Below, piece by piece: positions 45,666-54,027 of a DNA stretch of 54,027 nt. Position 1 is the first letter of the stretch; each line of letters begins with the position of its first letter. The DNA is from Clostridia bacterium (GTDB lineage Bacteria; Bacillota; Clostridia; Christensenellales; UBA1242): positions 1 to 54,027 of the forward strand of contig JAZSAE010000053.1 of NCBI GenBank assembly GCA_045601705.1, given 5' to 3'. The translations under genes were made by a program, and so were the position numbers. The notes under the pieces were generated by a model that saw nothing but the letters and a program-made list of their open reading frames with translations, was not told the origin of the DNA and did no database searches.

Positions 45666-48003
45666 TTGCTTCTCTTTCCTTCATTATTTTTTTTGCATTT
45701 TGAATGATTGCTTCGGGTAATCCTGAAAGTTGCGCAACCTCAGCACCAAAACTGTTTTGCTCCTCTCCTTTCACTACTTTGTGCAAGAAAATAATTTGGC
45801 CGTTGATATTTGAAGTTAATACCTTATAATTTTGTACTTGTGAATAAGTTCTACCCAACTCAATCAATTCGTGGAAGTGCGTTGCACACAATGTTTTGCT
45901 ACCGATTTCTTCAATGATATAAGTTAAAATGGCTTTTGCCAAAGCATATCCATCATTTGTTCCTGTACCACGTCCAATTTCATCTAACAACAAAAGACTA
46001 TCTTTTGTCGCATTATGTACGATATTAGAAACTTCGTTCATTTCAACCATAAATGTTGATTTACCAGTCATCATATCATCACTTGCACCAATACGAGTAA
46101 AGACACGGTCAGTTAATGGAACTTTGGCATTATTACATGGAATGAAAGAACCTAAGTGCGCCATAACAACATTTAAAGCAACAGTTTTCATATAGGTAGA
46201 TTTACCAGCCATATTTGGTCCAGTAATTAACATTGTTGTATTTTCGTGATTCAAATCACAATCATTAGCAACAAATTCGTTGGTTGGCAATACATCTTCT
46301 AAAACAGGATGACGAGCAGATTCTAATTGTAGAATACCATTAGTGTTAATTTCTGGACGCATCCATTGGTTTTTATAAGCTAGATAAGCCAAATCAGCAA
46401 CAACATCAATATTAGCAATTGACAATGCATCCTGTTGAATTGCCGGAATATACTGTTGGATTGCAGAAATAATTTCACCAAAAATAGTTTGTTCCAATTT
46501 AATTGCTTCATCCGATGCATTTAGAATTTTACCTTCAATTTCACGTAACTCTTCAGTTGTATAACGCTCTGTATTTAAAGTACTACCCTTACGGACGTAG
46601 CGATAAGGAATTTGCTTTAGCGCATTCATTGGTAACTCAATATAATAACCTGCAACACGATTGTATGCTATTTTAATTTTTTCAACGCCAGTCTCTTTAC
46701 GCTCTTTTATTTCTAACGCTAACAGCCATTGTTTACCCAATGTTCCGATGTTACGCAATTCATCTAGTTTTTGGTTGTAGCCTTCTTTAATATAATTTCC
46801 ATCACTAAGAATTGTACTAGGGTCTTGCTTGATAGCGCTTAACAACAATGTACGTAACTCCGACAAAGCATTTAATTGTTCACCCATTTTTTGCAATAAA
46901 GATGTTCGACAATTTTTTGCGATAAAACTTTTAACTTCCTGAACCAAAAGCAAGGTTTCTGTAAAATTTAAAACATCTTTTGGATTTACATTACCATTTG
47001 CAATCTTACCACAAAAACGCCCCAAATCATTAAAGCGTTCCAAAATTTCACGCAAAGATTGACAAATAGTCGAATGGTCGAATAATTCCTGAACTGAATC
47101 TTGACGTTCAAGAATCATAGTCACATTTCTTAAAGGCGCTGTTACCCAATCAGCCAACAAACGTGCACCCATTGGGGTTTTAGTTTTATCCAAAGACGAA
47201 AGTAAACTACCAGTTTTCGTATTATTGCGATAAGACAAAACAATTTCCAACGTATCACGAGCAATTTTATCAAGTACCATAAAATTGTCATCTCGTACTA
47301 AAAGAATTTTGGTAATATTTGATAATTTATTTTTAGCAGTCATTAACAAATACTCCAATAATGCACCAGCCGCATTGATAAGTGGTGAATTTTCTGGAAT
47401 ATCAAAAACTTGTGTAGTATTTAAGTTAAAATATTTTTTGATGGTTTGAGTTGCTTGTTTTGTAACAAAAGCATAACCAAAATGTTTTTTGGTAATTACT
47501 TCTTTTGGACGAATACGAGAAACAGCGTTATCATAATTATCAAATTGAGCAACATAAAATTCGCCCGTCATAATATCGGCCCAAGCAACATAAACAGTTG
47601 CTGAATTTTCAACTTCATAAATACTTGCAATAAAATTATTACTATCAGCATTTAGCATTGCGTCATCTATAACTGTACCACTGGTTATTACTCGAACAAC
47701 ATCACGATTGATTAAAGTTTTTCCATTAGCAGCTTCTAATTGTTCAGCAATGGCAATTTTAAAACCTAATTCAACCAATTTTTTAATATATAAATTTGCC
47801 GCATGATATGGAACGCCACACATTGGTGCTTTATCTTCCAAACCACACGAGCGGCCTGTCAAAGTTAAACCAATTGCTGCTGAAACTTGCTTTGCATCGT
47901 CAAAAAATATTTCATAAAAATCACCCAAACGATAAAATACAATACAATCTGGATATTGCGCTTTTAATTCTAAATATTTTTTCATTGCTGGTGATAACGC
48001 CAT
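45652..48003 (-). CDS. mutS: DNA mismatch repair protein MutS
   Basis: 783 aa with GDFYEIFFDDA, Walker A GPNMAGKST, DEIGRGT and THFHEL. Confidence 0.93.
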   Translation of the reverse strand: MALSPAMKKYLELKAQYPDCIVFYRLGDFYEIFFDDAKQVSAAIGLTLTGRSCGLEDKAPMCGVPYHAANLYIKKLVELGFKIAIAEQLEAANGKTLINRDVVRVITSGTVIDDAMLNADSNNFIASIYEVENSATVYVAWADIMTGEFYVAQFDNYDNAVSRIRPKEVITKKHFGYAFVTKQATQTIKKYFNLNTTQVFDIPENSPLINAAGALLEYLLMTAKNKLSNITKILLVRDDNFMVLDKIARDTLEIVLSYRNNTKTGSLLSSLDKTKTPMGARLLADWVTAPLRNVTMILERQDSVQELFDHSTICQSLREILERFNDLGRFCGKIANGNVNPKDVLNFTETLLLVQEVKSFIAKNCRTSLLQKMGEQLNALSELRTLLLSAIKQDPSTILSDGNYIKEGYNQKLDELRNIGTLGKQWLLALEIKERKETGVEKIKIAYNRVAGYYIELPMNALKQIPYRYVRKGSTLNTERYTTEELREIEGKILNASDEAIKLEQTIFGEIISAIQQYIPAIQQDALSIANIDVVADLAYLAYKNQWMRPEINTNGILQLESARHPVLEDVLPTNEFVANDCDLNHENTTMLITGPNMAGKSTYMKTVALNVVMAHLGSFIPCNNAKVPLTDRVFTRIGASDDMMTGKSTFMVEMNEVSNIVHNATKDSLLLLDEIGRGTGTNDGYALAKAILTYIIEEIGSKTLCATHFHELIELGRTYSQVQNYKVLTSNINGQIIFLHKVVKGEEQNSFGAEVAQLSGLPEAIIQNAKKIMKEREANENN

Positions 48004-48030
48004 TTTTTTAACTCCTTTAACTTTGCTAGT

Positions 48031-49044
48031 TTACGACATTTTTCGCATAATTTCAACCAACTTCGTTGCTCTTGCCTTACGAGTATGAAATGGTACTTGA
48101 TTTTCCATTTGATCTGCAACAGTACCAGAACGGTTACTATACGGAAAAATGTAAGCAGCACTGAATTTAACTTCTTCAACAAATTTTACCGTAGTTTCAA
48201 AATCTTCTTCAGTTTCTCCTGGGAAACCACAAATAATATCCGTTGTAATGTGAATATCAGGAATATATTCACGCAACGCTTTAATAATCTTCATATAATC
48301 AGCGACCGTGTATTTACGATTCATTAGTTTCAAAATTTTATCACAGCCACTTTGCATTGGAAGATGAATATCATGAGCAATTTTTGAATGAGAAGCCATA
48401 ACTTTAATTGTTTCAATATCAAAATCCTTTGGATGAGCAGATAAAAAATGCAACATAAAATTTCCTGGTTGTTCAGCCAAATCAGCCAACAATTGTGGAA
48501 AATTCGGATAAGCATTGACATTTTGCCCTAATAAATAAATGTGTTTTGCAGTGTCTTTAACTTGATTAAATTCTGCATAAATTTCTTCCAGTGGTCTAAT
48601 GCGTAACTTACCACGCACAAAAGGAACGATACAATAACTACAAAAATTCTCACAACCATAAGTAATATCAATGTAAGCCGTTTCAGTGTCTTCCGGCGGC
48701 AATTTTTGTAACGTAAACCCTAACCTTTCAACAACATCCATTGCGTTTTCTGTACCTAACAAAATATCAACACCCTGGATTTTACGTTTTGCCGACAAAC
48801 AACCAATAACGGCAATTTTTAAATTTGGCTTATTTTTTTTCAACTGTTTTGCCAAAGCAATATGCGATAAAATTTTTTGTTCTGCTGTATTACGTACACA
48901 GCAAGTATTGAAAATAATTACATCAGCATCGTTATCATTGATTGCTACTGCATTGTCAGATGCTAACAACTGCTGTGTAATTTTTGCAGCAGTATTTACG
49001 TTCATCTGACATCCATAATTCTTTAGTATAAATTTCATAAACAA
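48031..49044 (-). CDS. miaB: MiaB-like radical-SAM methylthiotransferase lacking a TRAM domain
   Basis: 337 aa with N-terminal Cys triad (GCQMN, NTCCVR, GCLS) and radical-SAM motif CENFCSYCIVP. The ORF ends right after the radical-SAM core. Confidence 0.8.
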   Translation of the reverse strand: MFMKFILKNYGCQMNVNTAAKITQQLLASDNAVAINDNDADVIIFNTCCVRNTAEQKILSHIALAKQLKKNKPNLKIAVIGCLSAKRKIQGVDILLGTENAMDVVERLGFTLQKLPPEDTETAYIDITYGCENFCSYCIVPFVRGKLRIRPLEEIYAEFNQVKDTAKHIYLLGQNVNAYPNFPQLLADLAEQPGNFMLHFLSAHPKDFDIETIKVMASHSKIAHDIHLPMQSGCDKILKLMNRKYTVADYMKIIKALREYIPDIHITTDIICGFPGETEEDFETTVKFVEEVKFSAAYIFPYSNRSGTVADQMENQVPFHTRKARATKLVEIMRKMS

Positions 49045-49068
49045 TGACAGTTTAACACAAAATAACTT

Positions 49069-51327
49069 GTGTCCAAACCAATAAAATACTTTCGTAAAGT
49101 TTTAATTATTCTTGCTTTTATATTGCTGTTTACTGCTTTAGGTGGTGGTATAGCATTTGCTTTAATCTGGCGTAGTCAAACCTTAGATATCAACAAACTA
49201 ACAACCCTGAGCCAAACTGCGACGTTTTACGACAGTGAGCAACAACTAATTGATACCCAAAATAACATTAAATATTGTTATTTCGACGAAATCAACCCGA
49301 ACTGTATTAATGCTTTTATCGCCGTTGAAGATAAAAATTTTTACCAACACCACGGGATTTCTTTACCAAGAATTGCTAAAGCTTTTGTCAACAATTTGGC
49401 AGCAGGATACTCAAAAGAAGGTGCAAGCACAATCACTCAACAACTAATAAAAAACACTTATTTAACTAACGAAAAGACTTTGCAACGAAAAGTTCGTGAA
49501 GCAATTTTAGCCTTAAAGCTTGAACAAAATTTTACCAAAAATCAGATACTTGAATTATACTTAAATGCAATTTACTTTGGAAATAACAATTACGGAATTA
49601 CAAATGCTAGCGAGTTTTATTTTGACAAAACTCCAGCAGAATTATCTATTGCTGAAAGTGCCGGACTAGCAGGCATTATCAAAAATCCGACCAAGTATGA
49701 CCCCGTTCTAAAACACGAAAATTTTAAACAAAGAGCACACCTAATTTTAAAATTGATGTTTGAACAAGATTTCATTTCTGAGTCTGAATACAAAAATGCA
49801 ATTCAAGAATCACTAGCAATAAAAAAACAAAAGAATTTATGGCTAGGAACAAACTACCAAACAATGGCACTAAAAGAAGCTTCACAAATTCTTAACCTTA
49901 GCGAAAATGACATTATCAATTATGGCTATCAGATAGATACTTATTACGAACCTGATAAACAGCAATTATTATACGACACCATTAACGATAACGAATATGC
50001 TTTAGTTGGCGAAAAGTTTGCTTTATTATCATCAACAAATGGACAAGTTCAAGCTTTATGGACTTCAAATCCAACATTATTGACAGCTCGTCGTAATTTC
50101 GGAAGCGTAATGAAACCATTATTAGTATATGCCCCTGCCCTTGAACTAGGAGTTATTCAACCAGCAAGTTTAATTGAAGATAGTCCATTAATTGATTCGG
50201 ATTTTAACCCCCAAAATTTTGATGACCAATATCATGGTTTAGTTTCAGCACGTGAAGCATTAGTTCATAGTTACAATGTGCCAGCCGTAAAAATTCTTAA
50301 TGCAACGACCATAGAACAAGCAACTTTAATTGGTAATAAATTAGGACTAACATTACAAAACGAAAATTTATCGATGGCATTAGGTAATACAAATCAAGGC
50401 ACTACGTTTTTAGAATTAGCCAGTGGTTATCAAACAATTGCTAACGAAGGTAAGTTTGCTCCTGCTCGCTTTGTCCGTAGCATTCGTGATCGCAATGGAC
50501 AATCTGTTTATTTTGATTTAACAAATAAATATAATTACGCTCCACAAGTTATAACATCAGATACAGCTTATTTATTAACTGATATGTTGATTGATACAGT
50601 TAAAAAAGGTACTGCACGTAAACTTGCTCCGTTAAATATGGAAATCGCAGCAAAGACAGGCACAACAGAACGTGAAAACACAAATACAAACACTGATGCA
50701 ACATTAGTGTCCTATACACCAGAAAATGTCTTAATTATTTGGCATGGTAATGCAACAATGAAACCAGAAAATGACCTACCGCCAGGTGCAACTGGTGGAA
50801 GCCGACTAGGTTACGTAGCAAAAGAAATCCACAAAACAATTAGTAATCCCGAAACAAAATTTATTTGTCCTACTTCTGTAAAAACAATTCGCTTGGATAG
50901 TTTAGATTATCAAAATGGAAAACTAAATATTGCTAGCATTAATACACCAGATTGTGAAACTACAATAGGTTTATTTTCTAGTCGCTATCAACCAACAACA
51001 GTTTCTGAAAATTACTTAACAACAACGCCTACATTACTGGATGGTAAAGTTATCGATAATAACAACACGCAAATTTGGTTTGAAGTTTTACCCCACCAAA
51101 CCTACGAAATATACAAAAACAATGTTTTACAATCAGTAATTCATCACAAAACAGGAATATATACTTTTACCGATAATAACCCACAACCATATAACACGTA
51201 TTTGGTAACGGCAAGTTTAAATGGTGAATATCCCCAAAACAGTAATGAAATTACTTTATGCCTAAATAAAGATAAAATTATTACCAGTAAACCGATTGAA
51301 AGCAAACGTATTCCATGGTATTTTTAA
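49069..51327 (+). CDS. Class A penicillin-binding protein (glycosyltransferase + transpeptidase)
   Basis: 752 aa with a GTG start and an N-terminal TM helix. GT51 motifs: AVEDKNFYQHHG, GASTITQQL. Transpeptidase motifs: SVMKP (SxxK), SYN, KTGT. Confidence 0.9.
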   Translation: MSKPIKYFRKVLIILAFILLFTALGGGIAFALIWRSQTLDINKLTTLSQTATFYDSEQQLIDTQNNIKYCYFDEINPNCINAFIAVEDKNFYQHHGISLPRIAKAFVNNLAAGYSKEGASTITQQLIKNTYLTNEKTLQRKVREAILALKLEQNFTKNQILELYLNAIYFGNNNYGITNASEFYFDKTPAELSIAESAGLAGIIKNPTKYDPVLKHENFKQRAHLILKLMFEQDFISESEYKNAIQESLAIKKQKNLWLGTNYQTMALKEASQILNLSENDIINYGYQIDTYYEPDKQQLLYDTINDNEYALVGEKFALLSSTNGQVQALWTSNPTLLTARRNFGSVMKPLLVYAPALELGVIQPASLIEDSPLIDSDFNPQNFDDQYHGLVSAREALVHSYNVPAVKILNATTIEQATLIGNKLGLTLQNENLSMALGNTNQGTTFLELASGYQTIANEGKFAPARFVRSIRDRNGQSVYFDLTNKYNYAPQVITSDTAYLLTDMLIDTVKKGTARKLAPLNMEIAAKTGTTERENTNTNTDATLVSYTPENVLIIWHGNATMKPENDLPPGATGGSRLGYVAKEIHKTISNPETKFICPTSVKTIRLDSLDYQNGKLNIASINTPDCETTIGLFSSRYQPTTVSENYLTTTPTLLDGKVIDNNNTQIWFEVLPHQTYEIYKNNVLQSVIHHKTGIYTFTDNNPQPYNTYLVTASLNGEYPQNSNEITLCLNKDKIITSKPIESKRIPWYF

Positions 51328-51330
51328 ATA

Positions 51331-51972
51331 ATGGAATATTTAAATGACCAAGGATTATTGATTGAACAACCTGATAATTTATATAAACTTTCCAGTGATG
51401 CTGTTGCGTTAGCAAATTTCGTTCAATGTAAAAAAAATGATATTGTTTTTGATATTGGTTGTGGCACAGGAGTATTAACACTACTCATTGCATTTAATCA
51501 TCAACCTAGCGAGTTTTTTAGTATTGATATCAATGCTGATGCTGTGAAACAACTTAAAAAAAATATTACAATAAACCAAGACAAATTATCAGCCACACAG
51601 TTTACTACTTTATGTGGTGATGCAAGACAACTAACAAAACTCTTACCAAACAAATTTGCCGATGTTATTGTTTGCAATCCACCTTACTTTACAAATGGTA
51701 AAAAACCAGTAAACCAACATAAAAGTCAAGCTCGTCATTCAGATACACTTTCATTAGAAGATTTAGCAACCTTATGTACCAAAAAAATTAAATATGGTGG
51801 AACTGTTTATTTTTGTTACCCTGCCAACCAGTTAGCAAAAGCCGTTACAATTTTTGAAAATAACAATTTTCGTATTAAGGAAATAAAATTATTATCAAAC
51901 AATAAAGGTGTTTATTTAGCAATTTTTCGTGCAAAGAAAGGTGGCGGACATAATACTATTATGCTTGTTTAA
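51331..51972 (+). CDS. Class I SAM-dependent methyltransferase with NPPY motif (tRNA m6A37 TrmN6/YfiC-like)
   Basis: 213 aa with FDIGCGTG and VCNPPYF. Confidence 0.7.
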   Translation: MEYLNDQGLLIEQPDNLYKLSSDAVALANFVQCKKNDIVFDIGCGTGVLTLLIAFNHQPSEFFSIDINADAVKQLKKNITINQDKLSATQFTTLCGDARQLTKLLPNKFADVIVCNPPYFTNGKKPVNQHKSQARHSDTLSLEDLATLCTKKIKYGGTVYFCYPANQLAKAVTIFENNNFRIKEIKLLSNNKGVYLAIFRAKKGGGHNTIMLV

Positions 51973-52387
51973 AAAAATATTCACGATAAGGACATTTATC
52001 ACATTCACTGCCTCCGTGAGCATCAACACTACAAACCTTTTTAATTGCGTGGTCTATTTCTTCTACGGCTTGCTTTTCTTTTAAGCGATTCAAGTTGATA
52101 ACGCCACTTGCCAAAGAGAGCATTTCACTGCCCAATTGCTGAACTATGCACGCAAAAATTTCGTAATCTAAATCAATCTTGGTATGTAAATTATACTCTG
52201 TTAGATTACCAGTAATTTTTAATACTTTATTTACGCCATCAATAACCATTGACAACATTAAATTCTTTTCGGCCAAAGAATGTTTCAAACGCAAGTGTGT
52301 ACCATTTTCCAAAGGTCTAATTTCAATAAAACCAGCAACTGCACCGGCACGATCGTATAAAATGATGTTTTTAATAAGAATTGCCAT
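51959..52387 (-). CDS. Hypothetical protein with Cys-rich C-terminus
   Basis: About 142 aa from ATG 52387 (MAILIKNII...). The C-terminus reads CSVDAHGGSECDKCPYREYFF, and no family is recognised. The track's GTG start at 52435 lies inside rsmA. Confidence 0.45.
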   Translation of the reverse strand: MAILIKNIILYDRAGAVAGFIEIRPLENGTHLRLKHSLAEKNLMLSMVIDGVNKVLKITGNLTEYNLHTKIDLDYEIFACIVQQLGSEMLSLASGVINLNRLKEKQAVEEIDHAIKKVCSVDAHGGSECDKCPYREYFFKQA

Positions 52388-52406
52388 TACTGAATTATAG
52401 CAAAAA

Positions 52407-53183
52407 TTAAACTGACATTTTATGCGAAAGTGCACAAATTTTAGCGAATTCTGTCGGAGTAACTTGCTCAGGTCGACAAGTCGGACTAACCCCTACTTCC
52501 ATCAAAATCTTCTCTGTGGATGTTTTATCAAGATTCAACGTTCTTGATAATGCATTTAACATTGTCTTACGTCGTGCAGCAAAAACACCTTTTAATAATG
52601 TAGCCAAGTTAACATCATAATTTGTTCCATTTTTTTTCATACAAACAAAAGCACTATCAATTTTTGGCTGTGGCGTAAATAATGTTCGTGGTACATTTTG
52701 TAAAATTTGACACTTGGCTTGAATTTGACAACTAACAGATAAAGCACCATAAAGTGCTGTACCTGGTTTTTCGACAATTCTTTGTGCAACTTCATCTGCA
52801 ATTAAAACATTGATTTCAGTGCAATTTGTTGCGGCTAAAAATTTCATAATTAACGGTGTTGTAATATAATAAGGAACATTCGCAATTAAACGAAATTTTG
52901 GCATTTTTGAAAAATCATATACTAAAGCATCATTAAAGATTAAATTAACATTTTTATATGCTTCTAAATTTTTCATTAGATGTGGTTGTAAACGTTGGTC
53001 AATTTCAATTGAATAAACTTGGCAACCAGTTTCTGCCAAAGCTCGTGTTAACGTTCCCATACCAGCACCAACTTCAACAACAACATCATTTGGTTGAACT
53101 TTTAGTTTTTTTACCAACGCACGTAAAAAATCTGTATCGTAAATAAAATTTTGACCCAAAGATTTTTTATATTCAAATTCCAC
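52407..53183 (-). CDS. rsmA: 16S rRNA (adenine1518/1519-N6)-dimethyltransferase
   Basis: 258 aa with a GTG start. Motifs: LGQNFI, EVGAGMGTLT, NVPYYITTP. Confidence 0.92.
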   Translation of the reverse strand: MEFEYKKSLGQNFIYDTDFLRALVKKLKVQPNDVVVEVGAGMGTLTRALAETGCQVYSIEIDQRLQPHLMKNLEAYKNVNLIFNDALVYDFSKMPKFRLIANVPYYITTPLIMKFLAATNCTEINVLIADEVAQRIVEKPGTALYGALSVSCQIQAKCQILQNVPRTLFTPQPKIDSAFVCMKKNGTNYDVNLATLLKGVFAARRKTMLNALSRTLNLDKTSTEKILMEVGVSPTCRPEQVTPTEFAKICALSHKMSV

Positions 53184-53264
53184 TTGAATAGTGTATCATA
53201 CTATGATAGTATAAGATAGTTTATTTTGCAGAAGATAAACTCATACAAAAGAAGCACTTTTTAC

Positions 53265-53300
53265 AAAAGAAAAACAAAAAGCAGTCAATCGACTGCTTTT
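53265..53300 (-). terminator. Rho-independent terminator after tatD
   Basis: Minus strand reads AAAGCAGTC-GATT-GACTGCTTT followed by TTGTTTTT. The hairpin overlaps the TGA stop. Confidence 0.6.
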
Positions 53301-54027
53301 ATTTTGTAAAAACGATATGCGTTTTCTCGAGTCAGTTTTTCAATTTCATCAACTGTTTTATGTAATACTTCTGCCATTTTTTTGGCTGTATACATAATAT
53401 ATGATGGATGATTTACTTCACTACGTTTAGGTGTCGGTGCAAGATAAGGTGCGTCAGTTTCAATCAAAATACGATTTAATGGAATAGAACGCATTGTTTG
53501 ATGTAAATATTCTTTACCTTTATATGTAATATGACCACCAAAAGCAAAATACACATCAACACCAGATAACTGTTTAATTAAAAAATTTGCTTGCTCTGCT
53601 GTGTAACTCATACAATGTATTAAAACACCATTTTTAAGTTTTGAACGATTAGCAATTAAAACATTTGCAGTATCTTCCCAAGCATCTCGTGAATGTACAA
53701 CTAACGGTAATTGATAACGCTCTGCAATAAAAATTTGATGCTCAAATACTGCAATTTGTTTTTCTCGTGCAGGTAAATCAGGATGATGATAATCTAATCC
53801 ACATTCGCCAATCGCAACAAATTTTTCAAATTTCAAATGCTCAGCAACAAAATTTTCAAAATCATTAGGTGAATAAACATTAGCATAAGCCGGATGAACA
53901 CCAGCAGTACAAAAGATGTTTTGGTATTCACTAGCAAAATTAAAAATATTGGGCAGACTTTCAAAGTCTGCCCCAATTTCAACGCCTTCACATTGCCCAC
54001 TTTGAAAATCAATAATTGTATTCAAAC
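53285..54027 (-). CDS. tatD: TatD family metal-dependent hydrolase (5' end outside the window)
   Basis: Motifs IGECGLDYH, VVHSRDA, LIHCMS and ETDAPYL. The ORF runs to the window edge. Confidence 0.88.
   Translation of the reverse strand, partial: LNTIIDFQSGQCEGVEIGADFESLPNIFNFASEYQNIFCTAGVHPAYANVYSPNDFENFVAEHLKFEKFVAIGECGLDYHHPDLPAREKQIAVFEHQIFIAERYQLPLVVHSRDAWEDTANVLIANRSKLKNGVLIHCMSYTAEQANFLIKQLSGVDVYFAFGGHITYKGKEYLHQTMRSIPLNRILIETDAPYLAPTPKRSEVNHPSYIMYTAKKMAEVLHKTVDEIEKLTRENAYRFYKIKAVD

Noticed and set aside
1-54027. Alternative genetic code (for example TGA=Trp, as in Mollicutes), considered because of the low GC and reduced proteins.
   Set aside because: Long ORFs are intact under the standard code. 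TGA terminates several well-aligned genes (the IscU-like gene and tatD), and an RF2 gene with an SPF motif is present.
1-54027. CRISPR arrays, rRNA operons, IS elements and large direct or inverted repeats.
   Set aside because: No repeat-spacer periodicity, rRNA-like segment or transposase ORF was seen on visual inspection. Intergenic regions are all shorter than 300 nt.

Overview
AT-rich (roughly one-third G+C by eye) chromosomal segment from a low-GC Bacillota-type organism. It is densely packed, with about 58 protein genes, one tRNA, no rRNA and no CRISPR. About 80% of genes lie on the minus strand, often with 1-35 nt overlaps. Content is mostly core housekeeping with Bacillus-like local synteny: floA-(yqfB position)-yqfC-yqfD-ybeY-cdd-era; miaB-mutS-mutL; infC-rpmI-rplT; tatD...ksgA; dnaB-like/dnaI; yebC-ruvC; secD-secF; nifS-iscU-like-prfB-tsaD. 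Sporulation genes (spoIIGA-sigE, yqfC, yqfD) are present. TGA and TAA both act as stops, so the standard code applies. I found no convincing self-contained accessory island or multi-gene defence-like system; the window reads as streamlined core genome. The leads worth following are: (1) a translationally coupled pair of a membrane-anchored PadR-like regulator and an ABC ATPase lacking catalytic residues, with no permease; (2) a NifS partner that is IscU-like but has lost all cluster-ligand residues; (3) a syntenic cytidine-deaminase homolog lacking its Zn and catalytic residues; (4) an EndoA/MazF-type toxin gene with no adjacent antitoxin; (5) an unannotated 22-codon Lys/Cys-rich ORF with a near-perfect SD and its own terminator; (6) a lipoprotein gene with three lesions; (7) a general pattern of domain-trimmed core proteins (AlaRS, SpoIIGA, MiaB, RF2, FeoB-like). 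Product calls rest on motif recognition and remembered family consensus, not on database searches.
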